Assembly (NCBI GenBank): GCA_963767925.1
Contig: CAVYGB010000010.1
Coordinates: 928,001-992,000, forward strand
DNA: 64,000 nt
Direction: 5' to 3'
Source: an uncultured delta proteobacterium
GTDB taxonomy: Bacteria; Myxococcota_A; Polyangia; Fen-1088
In this document: positions 1-8,677 of the stretch, piece after piece
How the letters are laid out: each line of letters starts with the position of its first letter
Numbering within the stretch: position 1 is the first letter of the stretch
Translations under genes and position numbers: made by a program
Notes under the pieces: generated by a model
What the model was told of the DNA's origin: nothing
Databases searched by the model: none
The model's input: the letters and a program-made list of their open reading frames with translations, nothing else

Positions 1-919
1 CCAGCTCGAGAAGGACTATCTTCCGGATCAGACCAAGCGCGACGCCCACCCCAAACACACCGGGCTGCTGGAGGCGGTCTTCACGGTCCCCCCCGGTCTG
101 CCGGCCGAGCTGCGGGTGGGCATGTTCGCCGAGGCGCGCACCTACAAGGCCTGGGTGCGCACCTCGAACGCCAGCGGCAAGCCCCAGTCGGACGCGGCCC
201 CCGACTTCCGTGGCTTCGCCATCAAGGTGCTCGACGTGGCGGGCGACAAGATCCCGGAGAGCGACGAGCCACGCAACCAGGACTTCGTGCTGCTGAGCAA
301 TCCCAGCATGCCCCTCGGGACGGTCCGCCTGTTCCACGACGCCATCGTGCTGAGCAGCCGCTACTCGCCCCTGCTGTTCGTGGGCAAGATGTTGCTGACC
401 GGCCAGGGGCACGTGCTCAAGGGGCTCGCCGCCGGGAAGATCTTGCCCCCCTCGCCGCTCGAGATCCGCTACTGGAGCACCACGCCTTACCTGTTCGGGC
501 CCGACCGGGCGGTGAAATATTCGCTGCTGCCCACCTCGGGCGTCTCCTCGCCGGTCCCCAGCGCGCCGGCGGCCGGCTACCTCACCGACGCCATGGAGAA
601 GCGGCTGACCGAGCGCCGGCAGGAGGCGACCTTCGACTTCTCCGTGCAGGTCCGCAAGGGGGACATGCCCCTGCACGACTCGGCCCCCCGCTGGGACGAG
701 ACCGTGTCGCCGTTCATCAAGGTGGCGACCCTGACCATCCCGGCCCAGACCTTCCGGACCGAGGAGCGCAACCGCCTGGCCGAAGTGCTGAGCTTCTCGC
801 CCGCCCACGCCCGGGTGGAGCACCGCCCGCTGGCCAGCGTGAACCGCGCCCGCATGCGGGTGTACCGGGCCAACTCGGACTTCCGCCACCAGCGCAGCGG
901 GACGCCCCGCTTCGAGTAG
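1..919 (+). CDS. Catalase-like heme protein (small catalase-related family), 5' end outside the window
   Basis: Frame is open from base 2: QLEKDYLPDQTKRDAHPKHTGLL. Shows the RDAHPK distal-His motif, RTSN, DFRGFAIK, QDF, and C-terminal LSFSPAH...HRPL..VNRARMRVY (proximal Tyr). Confidence 0.85.
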   Translation, partial: QLEKDYLPDQTKRDAHPKHTGLLEAVFTVPPGLPAELRVGMFAEARTYKAWVRTSNASGKPQSDAAPDFRGFAIKVLDVAGDKIPESDEPRNQDFVLLSNPSMPLGTVRLFHDAIVLSSRYSPLLFVGKMLLTGQGHVLKGLAAGKILPPSPLEIRYWSTTPYLFGPDRAVKYSLLPTSGVSSPVPSAPAAGYLTDAMEKRLTERRQEATFDFSVQVRKGDMPLHDSAPRWDETVSPFIKVATLTIPAQTFRTEERNRLAEVLSFSPAHARVEHRPLASVNRARMRVYRANSDFRHQRSGTPRFE

Positions 920-937
920 GGCGCGGACCCCTGACCC

Positions 938-975
938 TTGCCCTCTCCCCGCGGCAGACCGCGGGGCGAGGGCAA
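938..975. terminator. GC-rich hairpin between convergent genes (bidirectional terminator or REP-like element)
   Basis: TTGCCCTC-T-CCCCGCGG-caga-CCGCGGGG-C-GAGGGCAA: 17-bp stem with one mismatch, between the stops at 919 and 1023. Confidence 0.6.
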
Positions 976-1022
976 ACAGTCAGCGGGGGGCAACATCCGG
1001 CTTTGGGCAACGTTCGAGTTTG

Positions 1023-1919
1023 TCAGCGGGGTCGGGGGGTGACGGTGGGGAGGGGGATGGTCACGTTGTCGGCGACGGCGATGTCGGCGGCCTCGAGGAG
1101 GGCGCGGTGGGCGAGCGCGCCGGCGCCGCCGATGATCACCTGGGGGGACGAGCGGGCGTGGGACCGGATGCGCGCGACGAGGGTCCGCACGCGATCGGCG
1201 TTGCCCTCCATGGTGAGCGAGAGGGCGAGGAGGTCGGCGTGGGCCCGCTGGACGGCGTCGATGAGGTCGTCGTCGGGCACGTTGGCGCCCAGGTAGATGA
1301 CGTGCCAGCCCACCGCCGCCGCGTGCACCGCGAAGGTGAGCAGGGCCCCCTCGTGCTGCTCGCCGGCCGGGCAGGCGCACACCGCCCGGGGTCCGTCGGG
1401 CGGGTGGTCGAACAGATCGAGGGTGCGCACGAGGCGGGCGCGCAGCAGGGCCGAGCCGAAGTGTTCCATCGCTACCGTGATCTCTCCCCGGTGCCAGGCG
1501 TCGCCGATGGCCCGCAGCAGCGGCAGCAACACGTCCCGGCACAGGGCCACCGGGGCGAGCGCACCCGCGAAGCGATCCACCACGGCGTCGAGTTGGTCGC
1601 GGTCGAAGCGCCGGAGCGCCTCGAGCACCTCTCCCACCGCCGCCTCCCCGAGCGACGACCCGGGGGGGCCGCCCGGCGTGGTTGAAGGCGCGGCGGCGGC
1701 GAGCAGACGGTCCTCGTCGAGGCGAGCGACCTCCCCGATCGAGAGCCCTCCCTCGACGAGGGTCCGGGCGCCCTTGAGGATGGCGACCGCCCGATCGGTA
1801 TACAGCCGATAGCGGCCGGCCGAGCGCTCGGGCCGGACCAGGCCGTAGCGCCGTTCCCACGCCCGGATGAGCTCCGGGGTGAGGCCGGTGATTCGGGCGA
1901 CCGCCCGGATTCGATACAC
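1023..1919 (-). CDS. MerR-family regulator with cobalamin-binding domain (CarH/CarA/LitR type, putative B12 photoreceptor)
   Basis: N-terminal MerR HTH (YRIRAVARITGLTPELIRAWERRYGLVRPERSAGRYRLY). Wx9EH motif (W-HRGEITVAM-EH), B12-ligand motif GEQHEGALL, then YLGANVP. Confidence 0.9.
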   Translation of the reverse strand: MYRIRAVARITGLTPELIRAWERRYGLVRPERSAGRYRLYTDRAVAILKGARTLVEGGLSIGEVARLDEDRLLAAAAPSTTPGGPPGSSLGEAAVGEVLEALRRFDRDQLDAVVDRFAGALAPVALCRDVLLPLLRAIGDAWHRGEITVAMEHFGSALLRARLVRTLDLFDHPPDGPRAVCACPAGEQHEGALLTFAVHAAAVGWHVIYLGANVPDDDLIDAVQRAHADLLALSLTMEGNADRVRTLVARIRSHARSSPQVIIGGAGALAHRALLEAADIAVADNVTIPLPTVTPRPR

Positions 1920-1957
1920 GTCTTGAGAGTCTTCTCGGGCCCTCCGGTAGTCAATGT

Positions 1958-2033
1958 TTGTTCAAGGTCTGGGTGACCCTTGACCGGATTGTACAAGGTT
2001 GATGTGGACAAACCTTATACAGAGCCCCATCTT
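1958..2033. promoter_or_regulatory. Candidate CarH/LitR operator overlapping a putative promoter of the ECF gene
   Basis: AT-rich island. ACCTT(G/A)(T/A)ACA units at 1958-1968(-), 1989-1999(-) and 2012-2022(+), plus GATGTGGACAA at 2001-2011(+). Inverted repeat TGTACAAGGTT-N10-AACCTTATACA at 1990-2021. Possible -35/-10: TGGACA-N17-CATCTT (2005-2033). Confidence 0.6.
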
Positions 2034-2067
2034 CTCCCCAGAGGACGGAACGAGAGGGGCAAAGCGA

Positions 2068-2604
2068 ATGGATCGGAAGACAATATCCAGCAATATCAGC
2101 GATTTGATGCGACGAAGCGGCGAACGGGCCAAGCTGATGCGCGCCGCGGCACGCATCTCGCCCGAAGACGCCGAGGATGCCCTGCAGGACGGCTTTGTCC
2201 AGGCTTTGGCCAATGCAGCCGCCTTCCGGGAGGAGGCCCGCACGTCCACCTGGCTGTACCGGGTGGTGGTCAACGCGGCCCTCATGCGGCGGCGCAAGGC
2301 GCGGCGGGCGACCCACTACGCCGAGGCCGCGACCCGCTCCACAGGCGACGCCCCCTGGGCCACCGGCGGCTCGGGAGACGAGCCCCCCGACAGCCTGCTC
2401 AGCCGCCAGGAGGAGGGCGAGCGGGTGCGGGCCGCGGTGCGGGACCTGCCCGAGCGCTACCGGGCGGCGATCGAGGACTGGCTGCTCGCCGAACGCGAAC
2501 CCGGCCAGGCAGCCAACGACCTCGGCATCACCCGGAGCTGCCTGCGCACGCGGGTGTCCCGCGCCCGGCAACAGCTCGCCGTTCGTCTCCACCGGGCCGC
2601 CTGA
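2068..2604 (+). CDS. ECF-type sigma-70 factor
   Basis: Region 2 (DAEDALQDGFVQAL...FREEARTSTWLYRVVVNAAL) and region 4 (LPERYRAAI...AANDLGITRSCLRTRVSRARQQL). ATG at 2068 follows GAGGGG. Confidence 0.88.
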   Translation: MDRKTISSNISDLMRRSGERAKLMRAAARISPEDAEDALQDGFVQALANAAAFREEARTSTWLYRVVVNAALMRRRKARRATHYAEAATRSTGDAPWATGGSGDEPPDSLLSRQEEGERVRAAVRDLPERYRAAIEDWLLAEREPGQAANDLGITRSCLRTRVSRARQQLAVRLHRAA

Positions 2605-2631
2605 CCGGGGCCGGCCACCGCGAGACCGACC

Positions 2632-3588
2632 ATGGCGACAGCGAAGCGCGGGCCCCGTCTGGGGCTCTGCTGCACCTTCCTCGAGGCGCCGATCCGCTTC
2701 CGGACCACCACCGCGCGGTACCTCGGGACGTTGAAGGCGGGGGAGCGGCGGGCGTTTCTCGGGGCCCTGCTGCTCGACAACGCGGCGGCGCTGGAGCGGG
2801 CGGTGGCCTGGTGTCGGGCCCACGGCGTGGGCGCCTTCCGGATCACGAGCCAGCTCTTCCCGGTATACACCCACCCCGCGGTGGGCTACCGCTGGCAGGA
2901 CCTGCCGACCGCCGCGCCGATCGCGGCCGCCTTGCGCCGGGTCCGGCTGGCGGCGCGCGCGGACGATCTGCGGCTCAGCTTCCACCCCGACCAGTTCGTG
3001 GTGCCAGGATCGCTGTCCGAGGCGGTGGTGCGGGCGTCGCTGGCGGAGCTGGAGTATCAGGGCGAGGTGGCTACGCTCGTCGGCGCCACCCAGATCACGC
3101 TCCACGGCGGCGGGGCCGAGGCGGGCAAGGAGGGGGGCAAGGCGCGCTCGCTGGCCCGGCTGCAGCGCGGGCTCGACCGCCTGTCGGACCGGGCGCGCCA
3201 GCTCGTGGTCCTCGAGAACGACGACCGGGTGTACACGCCGCGGGATCTCCTGCCGCTGTGCCAGGCCGCCGGTTTGCGCTTCGTCTACGACGTGCACCAC
3301 CACCGCTGCCTGCCCGACGGCCTCTCGATCGAGGAGGCGACCGAGCGGGCGAGCGCGACCTGGGGGGAGGCGGAGCCCTGGATGCACGTGTCGAGCCCCG
3401 CCGAGGGCTGGCGCGGCTCGAACCCCCGCCCGCACCACGACCGGGTGTTCCTGCGCGACTTCCCCGCGCTCTGGCGGCAGCGGCGGATCACCGTCGACGT
3501 GGAGGCCAAGGACAAGGAGGTCGCCGTCCTCACCCTCGCCCGCGCCCTCCGGCTGGCCCCGCCCCTGCGCGCCGTCCGCCGCGGGTAG
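2632..3588 (+). CDS. uvsE: UV DNA damage repair endonuclease
   Basis: RLGLCC start, FRITSQLFP, LSFHPDQF, LENDD, YDVHHH, HVSSP, RPHHD and DVEAKDKE motifs of the UvsE/UVDE TIM-barrel family. Confidence 0.93.
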   Translation: MATAKRGPRLGLCCTFLEAPIRFRTTTARYLGTLKAGERRAFLGALLLDNAAALERAVAWCRAHGVGAFRITSQLFPVYTHPAVGYRWQDLPTAAPIAAALRRVRLAARADDLRLSFHPDQFVVPGSLSEAVVRASLAELEYQGEVATLVGATQITLHGGGAEAGKEGGKARSLARLQRGLDRLSDRARQLVVLENDDRVYTPRDLLPLCQAAGLRFVYDVHHHRCLPDGLSIEEATERASATWGEAEPWMHVSSPAEGWRGSNPRPHHDRVFLRDFPALWRQRRITVDVEAKDKEVAVLTLARALRLAPPLRAVRRG

Positions 3589-3608
3589 CGACGTCTCCGG
3601 GCCGCGGT

Positions 3609-4505
3609 ATGCTGACCGCCATGGATCGGTCGGATCAGCCGGATCCGGGGGGATATTTCATCCGCGCGCCCGGCGGGGAGCTGGCCGCTGCCGGTCCGGT
3701 GGCGACCGGCCCCTTCGGTCCCGTGGTGCGGCGGCGCTGGGGGGATCCCCGGGAGATCTTCGGGCGCGACAGCGCCAGCCCGGTGAGCCAGCTCAAGGCG
3801 ACCGGTGGGGTGCTGGCGGCGTTCTGGGCCTACTTTCTCGTCGTCGACTCCAACGGCTTTCCGACCGGGCCGCTCGCCTTCACCGCGGCGATGTCGTTCC
3901 CCGCGGTGCGGGCGCTCAAGCGCTGGCGGGAGCAGCGCCGGCTGGCCCGGGTCCCGTTGCTGCAGGCGGTGGCGCCGCCGGCCGCCCTGGTGCGGATCGC
4001 CGGCACCATCGAAGCTTGCCGGGAGGCCTTCCTCGGACCGGGCACCGAGCGCCCCGTGGTCTACGCGCGCACGCTGGTCTACGAGCCGGGCCACCAGGAT
4101 CGGCCTGGCGCCACCGCGCGCGAGGAGATCCGGGGGGTGCCCTTCCGGGTCCGGCTGCCCGACGGGCGCTCGGTGAAGCTGCGACCGGACGACCTCGACC
4201 TGGAGAACCTCCCCGTGGTGAGCGACGTCCCGGCCGAGGTGTTGCAGACGCTCGGCGCGGCCCACCGGCCGGCCCGGTTCCGGCGCAAGGCGCATTTCTC
4301 GCAGGTGACCCTCGCCCCGGGAGACGAGGTGGAAGCGGCCGGGCTGCTGCACGCCGAGATCGACCCGAGCGGCGTGGCGGCCCCCTCGCGCGGCGCGCCC
4401 CTGGCGCTGGTGCTGGTGCCGCCGCCCGAGGGCGTGGTCTGGATCCGGCGCGTCCTCGCCGACAGCGCCACGGCGCGCCTGGCGGGGAGCCCCAGGCAGA
4501 CCTAG
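3609..4505 (+). CDS. Hypothetical membrane protein, possibly with a GIDE-like C-terminal domain
   Basis: 3' part of ORF 1980..4505. Two hydrophobic segments, then VRIAGTIEA...GVPFRVR...LAPGDEVEAAG. Start at 3609 or 3621. Confidence 0.55.
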   Translation: MLTAMDRSDQPDPGGYFIRAPGGELAAAGPVATGPFGPVVRRRWGDPREIFGRDSASPVSQLKATGGVLAAFWAYFLVVDSNGFPTGPLAFTAAMSFPAVRALKRWREQRRLARVPLLQAVAPPAALVRIAGTIEACREAFLGPGTERPVVYARTLVYEPGHQDRPGATAREEIRGVPFRVRLPDGRSVKLRPDDLDLENLPVVSDVPAEVLQTLGAAHRPARFRRKAHFSQVTLAPGDEVEAAGLLHAEIDPSGVAAPSRGAPLALVLVPPPEGVVWIRRVLADSATARLAGSPRQT

Positions 4506-4557
4506 ATCTCCGGAGAGGCGGGAGCGCTCCCGATGGAGCGGCCCGGCTCGGGCAGAC

Positions 4558-5351
4558 ATGGGCGCCGAGATCGACAAGAGCACGTTCACCGACGAGGACT
4601 TCTCCCGGTTCCGGGAGCGGCTGCCCGAGCAGCTCAGCGCGCTCGACAAGGTGCTGGCCCGGCCCGGGTTCGGGGTCGCCCCCCGCAGCATCGGCGCCGA
4701 GCTGGAGCTGTTCCTCGTCGATCCCGAGGGGCAGCCGCTGGCCCTCGGCCCCGAGGTGCTCGCGCGCCTGACCAGCCCGCGGGTCTCGCACGAGCTGGCC
4801 CGGTTTGGTACTGGAACCGCGCGGTCTACGACCCGGAGGGGGCCGGCAACCTGCGCATCGAGCTGCGCGCGCTGCCGGCCGGGCCCACCGTGCCGGACAT
4901 GCTGGCCAACGCCGCCTTCATCCTGGGGTTGACCCTCGACCTGGCCCCCGGAATCGGCGAGATGTTGCCCGGGTTCCCCTTCGCCTGCGCCGAGCGCAAC
5001 TTCTACCGGGCCGCCCAGCGGGGGCGGGCGGCGGAGCTGCTGTGGCCGCTGGATCCGGGGCAGCCGCCGCGGCCGGTGCCGGCGGGCGAGCTGCTGCCCG
5101 CCCTGGTCGAGCGGGCCCACCGGGGGCTACAGAGCGCCGGGGTCGAGGCGGGCGAGATCCGGGCCCACCTGCAGACCTTCACCGCCCGGGTGACGAGCGG
5201 CCTGACCGGCGCGCAGTGGCAGCGGCGCTGCCTGGCCGACCTCGAGCTGCGGCGGCTGGCCCCCGACCGGCCGCAGGCGGTGGCGCTGATGCTGAAGCGG
5301 TACATGGCCCACGCCGCCACCGGGCGCCCGGTCCACACCTGGACGCCATGA
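4558..5351 (+). pseudogene. Glutamate-cysteine ligase (GCS2)-like protein with large internal deletion and frameshift at about 4803-4808
   Basis: N-terminus MGAEIDK...IGAELELFLVD...HELARF joins directly, in another frame, to the C-terminal WYWNRAVYD...LRIELRALPAGPT..DMLANAAF. The central part is missing. Confidence 0.75.
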
Positions 5352-6410
5352 GCAGGCTGCTGTCCCCCTGCCCGCCCGAGCTGGCCGCCCGCTGGGACGC
5401 CGAGCAGGGGCTCACCCCGGCGGCGGCGCGGGCCTTCGTGGCCGACCAGGCCCGGCTGGGGCTGCGTCACGGGACGCGGGCGCTCTGCCCGGTGCTGAGC
5501 CCGCTGGTCCTGTCGGGGGGGCTGTACCGGCAAATGCAGGTGGCGGCGATCCACGTCCTGGCGGCGATCGAGCGGATCATCGCCGAGGCCCTCGTCGACG
5601 ACCGACTGGCAGCCACGCTGGGACTCGACGCCCGCGAGCGGGCGCTCTTCGCCAGCGAGGGCGCGGCGCCCGGCCGGGCGGTGGCCATCGGCCGGCTCGA
5701 CACGGTCTTCACCGAGGAGGCAGACGCCGCCGGAGATTTCGCCTTCCTCGAGCTGAACGCGGAGGCGCCGGCCGGGCTGGCCGATCAGCGCCTCCTCGAG
5801 GCCACCCTGTTCCGGCTGCCGGCCGTGCAGAGCTGGCTGGCGGAGACCCGCTGGCGGCCCCTCGACACCCCCGGGGCGCTGCTGCGAACCCTCCGCGGGG
5901 AGGGCGGGCGCGCCGGCGCCAGCGGGCCGGACCGGGTGGGCCATCGTCGACTGGCAGGACGGCGACACCGCGCCCGAGCAGCGCTGGCTGCGAGACCACC
6001 TCTGCGCCGAGGGCCTGCCGACCGTCCTCGCCGATCCGTCGGAGCTGGCGCTGCGGGGCGGGCGGCTGCTGGCCCGGGGCGAGCCGATCGACGTGGTCTA
6101 TCGCCGGGTGATCGGCCGCGAGCTGCTGGAGCGGGCCCGCGACGATCACCCGCTGCTGCAGGCCGCCCGGCAGGGGGCCGCCCGGGTGGTCAACCCGTTC
6201 CGCAGCGCCATCGGCAACCGCAAGGCCGCCTTCGCCGTGCTGAGCGACCCGGCCTGGGCCCACCTGTTCTCCGAGGAGCAGCGGGCCACCATCGCCCGCC
6301 ACGTCCCCTGGTCCCGCGTGCTCGGGCCCGCCGGCGACCCGGCCGGGCTGCGGGGACCACCTCTGCCACATCCTGCGCCGCCCTCCCCTCGGTCAGGCCA
6401 CCCGTGGTGA
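5348..6410 (+). pseudogene. Circularly permuted ATP-grasp ligase-like protein, frameshifted at about 5938 and apparently 3'-truncated
   Basis: ATGA overlap with the upstream stop. GRLD...FLELNAEAPAG, then after removing one G: VAIVDW...IDVVYRR...VVNPFRSAIGNRKAAFAVLSD...HVPWSR. The expected LVLKP...GGxGV segment is absent. Confidence 0.7.
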
Positions 6411-6535
6411 GGGCTGCCCCGAGCGCACAGAACGCGGCCAGGTGGAGATCGAGCGCGGACCTGGCCGCTCCCGGGGAAGGTGGTATGGTCCTCTCACCTC
6501 GTGACCCGCTCACACGCCGACCGTCCGAACCGGGA

Positions 6536-8659
6536 ATGAAGCCGCGCCGGCGTGGCGGAGCTTACCCGGCTGGGCTCGTCGCGCTCGGCTGCTGGGCGGC
6601 TGGCTGCGCAGGCACCGATGGCCCGCGCGTCGAGGGACCGATCGTCACCGGCATCGACATCCGGGGCGCGGACGCACTGTCCAAAAGCGCGATCAAGGAG
6701 CGGCTGGCCACGCGGGAGACGGGATGGTGGCCGTTCGCGAAGAAATACCGATTCGATCCGGTGGAGTGGCAGATCGACCTCGAACGCATCGAACGCTACT
6801 ACGAAACCCAGGGGTACTACCGGACCGAGGTGGTCCTCGCCGAGGAGATGGACAGGAAGAAGGGCGAGGTGGCGCTGCGGGTGCGGGTGCGGGAGAACGA
6901 GCCGGTCCGCATCGGAGACGTCACCGTACGCGGCCTCGAACCGCTGGCTCCCGGGCGCCGCGAGTCCCTGCTCGACGATCTGCCGCTGCGGCCCGAAGAG
7001 GTCTTTCTGGAGAGGCGATGGGTGCAGGCCAAGACCCTGATCATCGATCGGCTCAAGAACGAGGGCCACGCGGCGGCCGCGCTGGTGGGAGAAGCCAGCC
7101 TGGATCTGCAGGCGAATCGGGGAAAGCTGGATCTCCTGGTCGACCCCGGCCCCAGCTACCGCTTCGGGGAGGTGATCGTGAACACCCCGCCCGGAGCGAA
7201 GGTGGATCCCGCCCTGGTACGAGAGCAGATCGATCTGGCGCTCGGACCCGACCCGCAATTTGCGCCAGACGCGCTCGAGGAGGCTCAGCGCCGGGTCTTC
7301 GCCATGGGGGTATTCGCGACCGCCAGAGTCGCCGCCGGGGAGCCCGATCCGACCCGGGGGGTCGTGCCGGTGCTCGTGGACCTGCGCGAGGCCCCTTTTC
7401 ACACCGTCCGGCTGGGCGGCGGCGTGGCGATCGATCAGGTCCGGCAGGAAGCTCGGCTGCTCGCGGGCTGGCGCGACCGGAGCTTTCTCGGGGAACTGCG
7501 CAAGCTGGGACTGGAGGCGGTGGCCGGCTGGGCCTTCATCCCGAGCGCGCTGGCGGTGGCGCGCGATGAGGGCCAGGTTCCTGTCCGACACGGCGCCATC
7601 TTCCGCGCCACCGCCGACTTCGAGCAGCCCCGGTTCCTGGCCCGGCCCAGCCTCGGTCTGGTTAGCCTGCTCGAGGCGGAGCGGACCATCGAGCCGGCCT
7701 ACGACGCCCTGGGCGGCCGCGTCCGGCCGGGTGTCATCTGGCAACCTCGGTCCAGCACCGCGCTGTCGGCGTCCTACAACCTGCAGGGCTACTGGCTCAA
7801 CGGACCTCCGAGCCTCACCCCCGCGACGGCGCCGCTGGCGCTCGGCTGCGCCACCGATCCCTGCTTCGTCGTCCTTTCATATCTCGAGCAGATCGTCTCC
7901 TGGGACCGCCGCGATCACCCGCTCGAGCCCCGGCGGGGGTTTTTCCTCTCGCTGGCCCTGCAGCAGGGAGGCGGCCCGCTGGGGGGCGACTTCGAGTACC
8001 TGCGCATCTTGCCCGAGGCTCGGGCCTATGCCACGCCCGGTGACGACGGAGCCCTGACGGTGGCGCTGCGGCTGCGGATGGGGACTCTGGTGCCGCGGTC
8101 CGGTCGCGCCGAAGACAGTCCCGTGGTGGCCCGCTTCTATGCCGGTGGCGCCAACTCGATGCGCGGCTTCGGGCTGAGGCGGCTCTCGCCCATGCTCCTG
8201 CTCCCGGTCGACGGCGCTAACTCCGAGGAGCGGGTGGCCCTGCCGATCGGGGGCAATGGCCTGGTCGAGGGGAGCCTGGAGCTCCGCACCCGGGTCCGGG
8301 AGAACCTGCTGCTGGCGGCCTTCGCCGACTTCGGGGCCGTCACGCGCGAGCGGCTGCCGCTGCGTGACGCGGGCGCGCTGTTGTGGGCCACCGGAGTCGG
8401 CCTGCGCTACCTGTCGCCCATCGGACCCATCCGCCTGGATCTGGGCGTGCGGTTGCCGTTCGGGCGACCCCCTCCTCTCTACGCTCCCGATGGCACCGAG
8501 ATCACTTACCAGCGGCTTGCCGGCGGAGTGGTCGAACCGGGCCGGGAGGATGGCAGCCACATCGACAAGAGCTGCTTTGGAATCGGTGGCTCCGGCGCAT
8601 CGAGCTGGGTGCCGGGAGGTCTATGCTCGATACACCTCTCGATTGGCGAGGCCTTCTGA
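6536..8659 (+). CDS. tamA: Omp85-family outer membrane protein (TamA/BamA-like, POTRA domains + beta-barrel)
   Basis: Lipoprotein-like signal (WAAGC), POTRA-like DLERIERYYETQGYY, RFYAGGANSMRGF, GVGLRYLSPIGPIRLD, terminal IGEAF. Directly upstream of tamB. Confidence 0.85.
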   Translation: MKPRRRGGAYPAGLVALGCWAAGCAGTDGPRVEGPIVTGIDIRGADALSKSAIKERLATRETGWWPFAKKYRFDPVEWQIDLERIERYYETQGYYRTEVVLAEEMDRKKGEVALRVRVRENEPVRIGDVTVRGLEPLAPGRRESLLDDLPLRPEEVFLERRWVQAKTLIIDRLKNEGHAAAALVGEASLDLQANRGKLDLLVDPGPSYRFGEVIVNTPPGAKVDPALVREQIDLALGPDPQFAPDALEEAQRRVFAMGVFATARVAAGEPDPTRGVVPVLVDLREAPFHTVRLGGGVAIDQVRQEARLLAGWRDRSFLGELRKLGLEAVAGWAFIPSALAVARDEGQVPVRHGAIFRATADFEQPRFLARPSLGLVSLLEAERTIEPAYDALGGRVRPGVIWQPRSSTALSASYNLQGYWLNGPPSLTPATAPLALGCATDPCFVVLSYLEQIVSWDRRDHPLEPRRGFFLSLALQQGGGPLGGDFEYLRILPEARAYATPGDDGALTVALRLRMGTLVPRSGRAEDSPVVARFYAGGANSMRGFGLRRLSPMLLLPVDGANSEERVALPIGGNGLVEGSLELRTRVRENLLLAAFADFGAVTRERLPLRDAGALLWATGVGLRYLSPIGPIRLDLGVRLPFGRPPPLYAPDGTEITYQRLAGGVVEPGREDGSHIDKSCFGIGGSGASSWVPGGLCSIHLSIGEAF

Positions 8660-8677
8660 GATGAGGCCTTCTCGACG

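Noticed and set aside
4805..8659. 1284-aa ORF suggesting an ATP-grasp/Omp85 fusion
   Set aside because: Read-through caused by the frameshift at about 5938 and stop-poor high-GC DNA; the middle is out-of-frame sequence and tamA has its own signal peptide at 6536.
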